DNA of 64,000 nucleotides from Escherichia coli (GTDB lineage Bacteria; Pseudomonadota; Gammaproteobacteria; Enterobacterales; Enterobacteriaceae): NCBI RefSeq assembly GCF_044324875.1, contig NZ_CP172187.1; one strand, 5' to 3'. Shown piece by piece: positions 58,426 to 64,000 of this stretch (position 1 is its first letter; each line of letters starts with the position of its first letter). The notes under the pieces were generated by a model. It saw only the letters and a program-made list of their open reading frames with translations, ran no database searches and was not told where the DNA came from. The position numbers and the translations under genes were made by a program.

Positions 58426-61400
58426 TGTTGAGTTTTAGCGTTGTTAAATCGGCAGGCAGTGCCGGAAACTATTACACCGACAAGGATAATTACTATGTGC
58501 TGGGTAGCATGGGAGAACGCTGGGCCGGTCAGGGGGCTGAACAGCTTGGGCTGCAGGGCAGCGTCGATAAGGATGTTTTTACCCGTCTTCTGGAGGGCAG
58601 GCTGCCGGACGGGGCGGATTTAAGCCGCATGCAGGATGGCAGTAATAAGCATCGTCCCGGCTACGACCTGACCTTCTCCGCCCCCAAAAGTGTCTCCATG
58701 ATGGCCATGCTCGGGGGGGATAAACGTCTTATTGATGCACATAACCAGGCTGTGGATTTTGCTGTCCGTCAGGTGGAGGCGCTGGCTTCCACACGGGTGA
58801 TGACGGACGGACAGTCAGAAACGGTGCTGACCGGTAATCTGGTGATGGCACTGTTTAACCATGACACCAGTCGCGATCAGGACCCACAGTTACACACGCA
58901 TGTGGTGGTGGCTAATGTCACGCAGCATAACGGCGAGTGGAAGACACTGAGCAGTGACAAAGTGGGGAAAACCGGATTTTCCGAGAACGTGCTCGCGAAC
59001 CGGATTGCGTTCGGGAAAATATATCAGAGTGAGTTACGTCAGCGCGTTGAGGCGCTGGGTTATGAAACCGAAGTGGTCGGTAAGCACGGTATGTGGGAGA
59101 TGCCGGGCGTACCGGTGGAGGCCTTTTCCGGACGCTCACAGGCTATCCGGGAGGCCGTCGGGGAAGATGCCTCGCTGAAATCCCGGGATGTGGCGGCACT
59201 GGATACGCGAAAATCCAAACAGCACGTCGATCCGGAAATCAGAATGGCTGAATGGATGCAGACGCTGAAGGAAACCGGGTTCGACATCCGGGCATATCGT
59301 GACGCGGCGGATCAGCGTGCGGAGACCCGCACGCAGGCGCCCGGGGCTGTTTCACAGGAGGGGCCGGATGTGCAGCAGGCGGTGACACAGGCCATTGCCG
59401 GATTAAGTGAACGAAAAGTGCAGTTCACGTATACGGACGTGCTGGCCAGGACGGTCGGCATACTGCCGCCGGAAAATGGTGTGATTGAACGGGCACGCGC
59501 CGGTATCGATGAGGCCATCAGCCGTGAGCAGCTTGTCCCCCTCGATCGTGAGAAGGGGCTGTTCACGTCCGGGATTCATGTGCTCGATGAGCTGTCAGTC
59601 CGGGCACTCAGTCGTGACATCATGAAACAGAACCGGGTGACCGTACATCCGGAGAAAAGTGTCCCCCGGACGGCCGGTTACAGCGATGCCGTCAGTGTTC
59701 TGGCACAGGATCGCCCGTCGCTGGCCATTGTGTCCGGGCAGGGCGGTGCAGCCGGGCAGCGTGAGCGGGTGGCTGAACTGGTCATGATGGCCCGGGAGCA
59801 GGGGCGGGAGGTGCAGATTATCGCTGCTGACCGTCGCTCGCAGATGAACCTGAAGCAGGATGAACGGCTGTCCGGTGAGCTGATAACCGGACGTCGTCAG
59901 CTGCAGGAGGGCATGGTCTTCACGCCGGGCAGTACCGTTATCGTTGACCAGGGCGAAAAACTCTCCCTGAAAGAGACGTTAACCCTGCTGGACGGTGCCG
60001 CACGTCATAACGTACAGGTCCTGATAACCGACAGCGGGCAGCGAACCGGTACAGGCAGTGCGCTGATGGCCATGAAGGATGCCGGGGTGAACACGTATCG
60101 CTGGCAGGGCGGAGAACAGCGACCGGCCACCATCATCAGTGAACCGGACCGGAATGTCCGCTATGACCGGCTGGCCGGAGATTTTGCGGCCAGCGTGAAA
60201 GCCGGAGAAGAGAGCGTGGCACAGGTCAGCGGGGTACGGGAACAGGCCATACTGACACAGGCCATTCGCAGTGAGCTGAAAACACAGGGCGTGCTCGGAC
60301 ACCCGGAGGTGACCATGACCGCCCTGTCACCGGTCTGGCTGGACAGCCGGAGCCGTTATCTGCGGGATATGTACCGACCGGGGATGGTGATGGAGCAGTG
60401 GAACCCGGAGACACGCAGTCATGACCGCTATGTTATCGACCGGGTGACGGCGCAGAGTCACAGCCTGACCCTGCGGGATGCGCAGGGCGAAACGCAGGTG
60501 GTGCGTATTTCCTCCCTGGACAGCAGCTGGTCGCTGTTCCGGCCGGAAAAAATGCCGGTGGCAGACGGCGAGCGACTGAGGGTGACAGGGAAAATTCCCG
60601 GACTCCGCGTCTCCGGCGGTGACCGCCTGCAGGTGGCATCCGTCAGTGAAGATGCGATGACGGTTGTTGTGCCGGGGCGGGCTGAACCGGCCACCCTGCC
60701 TGTGGCTGATTCACCGTTCACGGCACTGAAGCTGGAGAACGGCTGGGTGGAAACGCCCGGGCATTCCGTCAGCGACAGTGCGAAGGTTTTTGCCTCCGTC
60801 ACACAGATGGCAATGGACAACGCCACCCTGAACGGTCTGGCCCGCAGTGGTCGTGATGTCCGGCTGTATTCTTCACTGGATGAAACCCGTACTGCGGAAA
60901 AACTTGCCCGCCATCCCTCCTTTACGGTGGTTTCTGAGCAGATAAAGGCGCGTGCCGGTGAGACATTGCTGGAAACCGCTATCAGTCTGCAGAAAGCCGG
61001 GCTTCACACGCCGGCACAGCAGGCTATTCATCTGGCCCTTCCTGTGCTGGAAAGTAAAAACCTGGCCTTCAGCATGGTGGACCTGCTGACAGAGGCGAAG
61101 TCGTTTGCTGCAGAAGGAACCAGTTTTACTGAACTGGGAGGGGAAATCAATGCGCAGATAAAACGCGGTGATTTACTGTATGTGGATGTGGCAAAAGGCT
61201 ATGGCACAGGCCTGCTGGTTTCCCGTGCGTCGTATGAGGCAGAAAAGAGCATTCTTCGCCATATTCTCGAAGGTAAGGAGGCGGTCACGCCGCTGATGGA
61301 GAGAGTACCTGGCGAACTCATGGAGAAACTGACATCAGGACAGCGTGCCGCCACCCGCATGATACTGGAAACGTCCGACCGTTTCACGGTGGTGCAGGGC

Positions 61401-63695
61401 TATGCCGGTGTGGGTAAGACCACACAGTTCCGGGCGGTGATGTCAGCCGTGAACATGCTGCCGGAGAGTGAGCGTCCCCGTGTCGTTGGGCTGGGTCCCA
61501 CGCACCGCGCGGTCGGGGAGATGCGCAGCGCCGGCGTGGATGCACAGACACTGGCGTCCTTTCTGCATGACACGCAGCTGCAGCAGCGCAGCGGAGAAAC
61601 GCCGGATTTCAGCAACACGCTGTTCCTGCTCGATGAGAGCTCAATGGTGGGCAATACCGACATGGCACGGGCATACGCCCTGATTGCGGCCGGTGGCGGT
61701 CGTGCTGTGGCCAGCGGTGACACGGACCAGCTGCAGGCCATCGCGCCCGGTCAGCCTTTCCGTCTCCAGCAGACGCGCAGTGCTGCCGATGTGGTCATCA
61801 TGAAGGAGATTGTGCGTCAGACGCCGGAACTGCGGGAGGCGGTATACAGCCTGATTAACCGGGATGTGGAAAGGGCACTGTCCGGGCTTGAGAGTGTGAA
61901 ACCGTCTCAGGTTCCCCGTCAGGAGGGCGCATGGGCACCGGAGCACTCCGTGACGGAGTTCAGTCACAGCCAGGAAGCGAAACTGGCAGAAGCGCAGCAG
62001 AAGGCGATGCTGAAAGGCGAGGCTTTCCCGGATATCCCCATGACACTGTATGAAGCCATTGTCCGCGACTATACCGGCAGGACACCGGAAGCACGGGAGC
62101 AGACGCTGATTGTCACACACCTGAATGAGGACCGGCGCGTACTGAACAGCATGATTCATGATGCACGGGAAAAGGCCGGTGAGCTGGGCAAAGAGCAGGT
62201 CATGGTGCCTGTCCTGAACACAGCGAATATACGTGACGGAGAACTGCGTCGTCTCTCCACCTGGGAGAATAACCCGGATGCCCTTGCCCTGGTGGATAGT
62301 GTGTATCACCGGATTGCCGGTATCAGCAAGGATGACGGGCTGATAACCCTGCAGGATGCGGAAGGTAACACGCGGCTGATTTCGCCCCGGGAGGCGGTGG
62401 CTGAAGGCGTCACACTGTACACCCCGGACACCATCCGGGTGGGAACCGGTGACCGGATGCGCTTCACGAAGAGTGACCGGGAGCGCGGTTATGTGGCCAA
62501 CAGCGTCTGGACGGTGACAGCGGTTTTAGGTGACAGTGTCACGTTGTCGGACGGACAGCAGACCCGGGTGATTCGCCCCGGTCAGGAGCGGGCAGAGCAA
62601 CATATTGACCTGGCTTATGCCATCACCGCCCACGGTGCGCAGGGGGCAAGTGAAACCTTTGCCATCGCGCTTGAAGGCACGGAAGGTAACCGGAAACTGA
62701 TGGCAGGCTTTGAGTCAGCTTATGTAGCCCTGTCGCGTATGAAGCAGCATGTGCAGGTGTACACCGATAACCGTCAGGGCTGGACGGATGCCATCAACAA
62801 TGCCGTACAGAAAGGAACTGCCCACGATGTGTTTGAACCGAAACCGGACCGGGAGGTCATGAATGCAGAGCGGCTGTTCAGTACGGCGCGGGAGCTGCGG
62901 GACGTGGCGGCAGGCCGTGCCGTTCTTCGTCAGGCGGGACTTGCCGGGGGAGACAGTCCTGCACGGTTTATTGCTCCGGGACGTAAATATCCGCAACCGT
63001 ATGTGGCACTGCCGGCTTTTGACCGTAACGGCAGGTCCGCCGGTATCTGGCTGAACCCGCTGACCACGGATGACGGAAACGGGCTGCGGGGATTCAGCGG
63101 TGAAGGCCGGGTGAAAGGCAGCGGGGATGCACAGTTTGTGGCCCTGCAGGGCAGCCGTAACGGAGAGAGCCTGCTGGCTGATAATATGCAGGATGGTGTC
63201 CGGATTGCCCGTGATAATCCTGACAGCGGTGTGGTGGTGAGAATCGCCGGTGAAGGCCGTCCGTGGAATCCCGGTGCCATCACCGGTGGTCGCGTGTGGG
63301 GGGATATCCCGGACAACAGCGTCCAGCCGGGGGCCGGAAATGGTGAACCGGTTACAGCTGAAGTGCTGGCACAGCGGCAGGCTGAAGAGGCCATCCGCCG
63401 TGAAACGGAACGTCGCGCAGATGAAATTGTCCGTAAAATGGCAGAGAACAAACCTGACCTGCCGGATGGCAGAACAGAGCAGGCTGTCAGGGAGATTGCC
63501 GGGCAGGAGCGTGACCGGGCTGCCATAACTGAACGGGAAGCCGCGCTGCCGGAGAGTGTGCTGCGTGAATCACAACGGGAGCGGGAAGCGGTCCGGGAGG
63601 TTGCCCGGGAAAATCTGCTGCAGGAGCGTCTGCAGCAGATGGAGCGGGATATGGTCCGTGACCTGCAGAAAGAGAAAACCCTGGGCGGAGACTGA
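58425..63695 (+). CDS. traI: TraI relaxase-helicase
   Basis: 1756 aa [24 protein letters not shown]... Confidence 0.9.
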   Translation: MLSFSVVKSAGSAGNYYTDKDNYYVLGSMGERWAGQGAEQLGLQGSVDKDVFTRLLEGRLPDGADLSRMQDGSNKHRPGYDLTFSAPKSVSMMAMLGGDKRLIDAHNQAVDFAVRQVEALASTRVMTDGQSETVLTGNLVMALFNHDTSRDQDPQLHTHVVVANVTQHNGEWKTLSSDKVGKTGFSENVLANRIAFGKIYQSELRQRVEALGYETEVVGKHGMWEMPGVPVEAFSGRSQAIREAVGEDASLKSRDVAALDTRKSKQHVDPEIRMAEWMQTLKETGFDIRAYRDAADQRAETRTQAPGAVSQEGPDVQQAVTQAIAGLSERKVQFTYTDVLARTVGILPPENGVIERARAGIDEAISREQLVPLDREKGLFTSGIHVLDELSVRALSRDIMKQNRVTVHPEKSVPRTAGYSDAVSVLAQDRPSLAIVSGQGGAAGQRERVAELVMMAREQGREVQIIAADRRSQMNLKQDERLSGELITGRRQLQEGMVFTPGSTVIVDQGEKLSLKETLTLLDGAARHNVQVLITDSGQRTGTGSALMAMKDAGVNTYRWQGGEQRPATIISEPDRNVRYDRLAGDFAASVKAGEESVAQVSGVREQAILTQAIRSELKTQGVLGHPEVTMTALSPVWLDSRSRYLRDMYRPGMVMEQWNPETRSHDRYVIDRVTAQSHSLTLRDAQGETQVVRISSLDSSWSLFRPEKMPVADGERLRVTGKIPGLRVSGGDRLQVASVSEDAMTVVVPGRAEPATLPVADSPFTALKLENGWVETPGHSVSDSAKVFASVTQMAMDNATLNGLARSGRDVRLYSSLDETRTAEKLARHPSFTVVSEQIKARAGETLLETAISLQKAGLHTPAQQAIHLALPVLESKNLAFSMVDLLTEAKSFAAEGTSFTELGGEINAQIKRGDLLYVDVAKGYGTGLLVSRASYEAEKSILRHILEGKEAVTPLMERVPGELMEKLTSGQRAATRMILETSDRFTVVQGYAGVGKTTQFRAVMSAVNMLPESERPRVVGLGPTHRAVGEMRSAGVDAQTLASFLHDTQLQQRSGETPDFSNTLFLLDESSMVGNTDMARAYALIAAGGGRAVASGDTDQLQAIAPGQPFRLQQTRSAADVVIMKEIVRQTPELREAVYSLINRDVERALSGLESVKPSQVPRQEGAWAPEHSVTEFSHSQEAKLAEAQQKAMLKGEAFPDIPMTLYEAIVRDYTGRTPEAREQTLIVTHLNEDRRVLNSMIHDAREKAGELGKEQVMVPVLNTANIRDGELRRLSTWENNPDALALVDSVYHRIAGISKDDGLITLQDAEGNTRLISPREAVAEGVTLYTPDTIRVGTGDRMRFTKSDRERGYVANSVWTVTAVLGDSVTLSDGQQTRVIRPGQERAEQHIDLAYAITAHGAQGASETFAIALEGTEGNRKLMAGFESAYVALSRMKQHVQVYTDNRQGWTDAINNAVQKGTAHDVFEPKPDREVMNAERLFSTARELRDVAAGRAVLRQAGLAGGDSPARFIAPGRKYPQPYVALPAFDRNGRSAGIWLNPLTTDDGNGLRGFSGEGRVKGSGDAQFVALQGSRNGESLLADNMQDGVRIARDNPDSGVVVRIAGEGRPWNPGAITGGRVWGDIPDNSVQPGAGNGEPVTAEVLAQRQAEEAIRRETERRADEIVRKMAENKPDLPDGRTEQAVREIAGQERDRAAITEREAALPESVLRESQREREAVREVARENLLQERLQQMERDMVRDLQKEKTLGGD

Positions 63696-63714
63696 TACAG
63701 GAAGACAAACACTG

Positions 63715-64000
63715 ATGACAACGGATAACACGAATACGACACGTAACGATTCACTGGCTGCACGGACCGATACCTGGTTGCAGTCGTTTCTGGTCTGGTC
63801 ACCCGGACAGCGGGATATCATCAAAACGGTGGCACTGGTGCTGATGGTACTGGACCACATCAATCTGATATTCCAGCTGAAGCAGGAATGGATGTTTCTG
63901 GCCGGGCGAGGAGCCTTTCCGCTGTTTGCCCTGGTGTGGGGGCTGAATCTGTCCCGTCATGCGCATATCCGGCAACCGGCCATTAACCGGCTGTGGGGAT
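63715..64000 (+). CDS. traX: TraX (pilin acetylase), 3'-truncated by window end
   Basis: ATG at 63715 opens MTTDNTNTTRNDSLAARTDTW...; follows traI. Confidence 0.75.
   Translation, partial: MTTDNTNTTRNDSLAARTDTWLQSFLVWSPGQRDIIKTVALVLMVLDHINLIFQLKQEWMFLAGRGAFPLFALVWGLNLSRHAHIRQPAINRLWG

Noticed and set aside
62930-63802. 290-aa minus-strand ORF inside traI (similarly 30958-31638 inside traB and 21390-21962 inside the ParB-like gene)
   Set aside because: Antisense to long, well-supported genes.

Overview
This window is mostly an F/R100-like (MOBF12-type) conjugative plasmid backbone, or an integrated copy of one. All calls rest on reading the sequence and ORF track and on recall of protein families; no database search was run.

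Layout, left to right:
- 1-2926: a sugar-uptake module (PTS glucose-family EIICB with a translationally coupled downstream gene, and a divergent GntR/HutC regulator). Whether this is chromosome or plasmid cargo cannot be decided from the window.
- 2927-3406: an AT-rich junction with a serine-recombinase (resolvase) 3' remnant.
- 3407-4580: a ParA/ParG-like partition cassette flanked on both sides by arrays of an 8-bp iteron.
- 4601-6593: an SOS-regulated impCAB-like mutagenic-repair operon with a consensus LexA box.
- 6863-25477: a ~19 kb leading region, with every gene on the + strand. It carries an unassigned Cys-rich protein, two orphan DNA methyltransferase-like genes, KlcA/ArdB-like antirestriction, paralogous small proteins, ssb, a ParB-like nuclease gene (frameshifted), psiB-psiA and a hok/mok/sok-type module. 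At least three families of long structured GC-rich repeats sit upstream of gene blocks and resemble Frpo/ssi single-strand promoters.
- 25774-26700: lytic transglycosylase (orf169/X) and an oriT whose nick region matches the R100/R1 type.
- 26707-64000: the complete tra operon from traM to traX (traX truncated at the window end), with finP antisense RNA and several non-core insertions.

Most notable observations:
- The plasmid ssb gene is split after codon 13 by a ~2.66 kb group II intron encoding an RT-maturase-HNH protein.
- Non-core ORFs sit between traR and traC, traU and trbC (AT-rich), and trbC and traN (HNH nuclease).
- An IS21-family element (istA/istB) has inserted between traT and traD and truncates an unknown membrane-protein gene.
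- trbE and traF are in frame with no stop between them.
- TraD carries an in-frame 9-bp (QPQ) tandem repeat, and a (CTGCTA)n hexanucleotide repeat heads one leading-region repeat copy.

I could not identify a single clearly novel system. The best candidates are the intron-split ssb and the uncharacterised leading-region operons.
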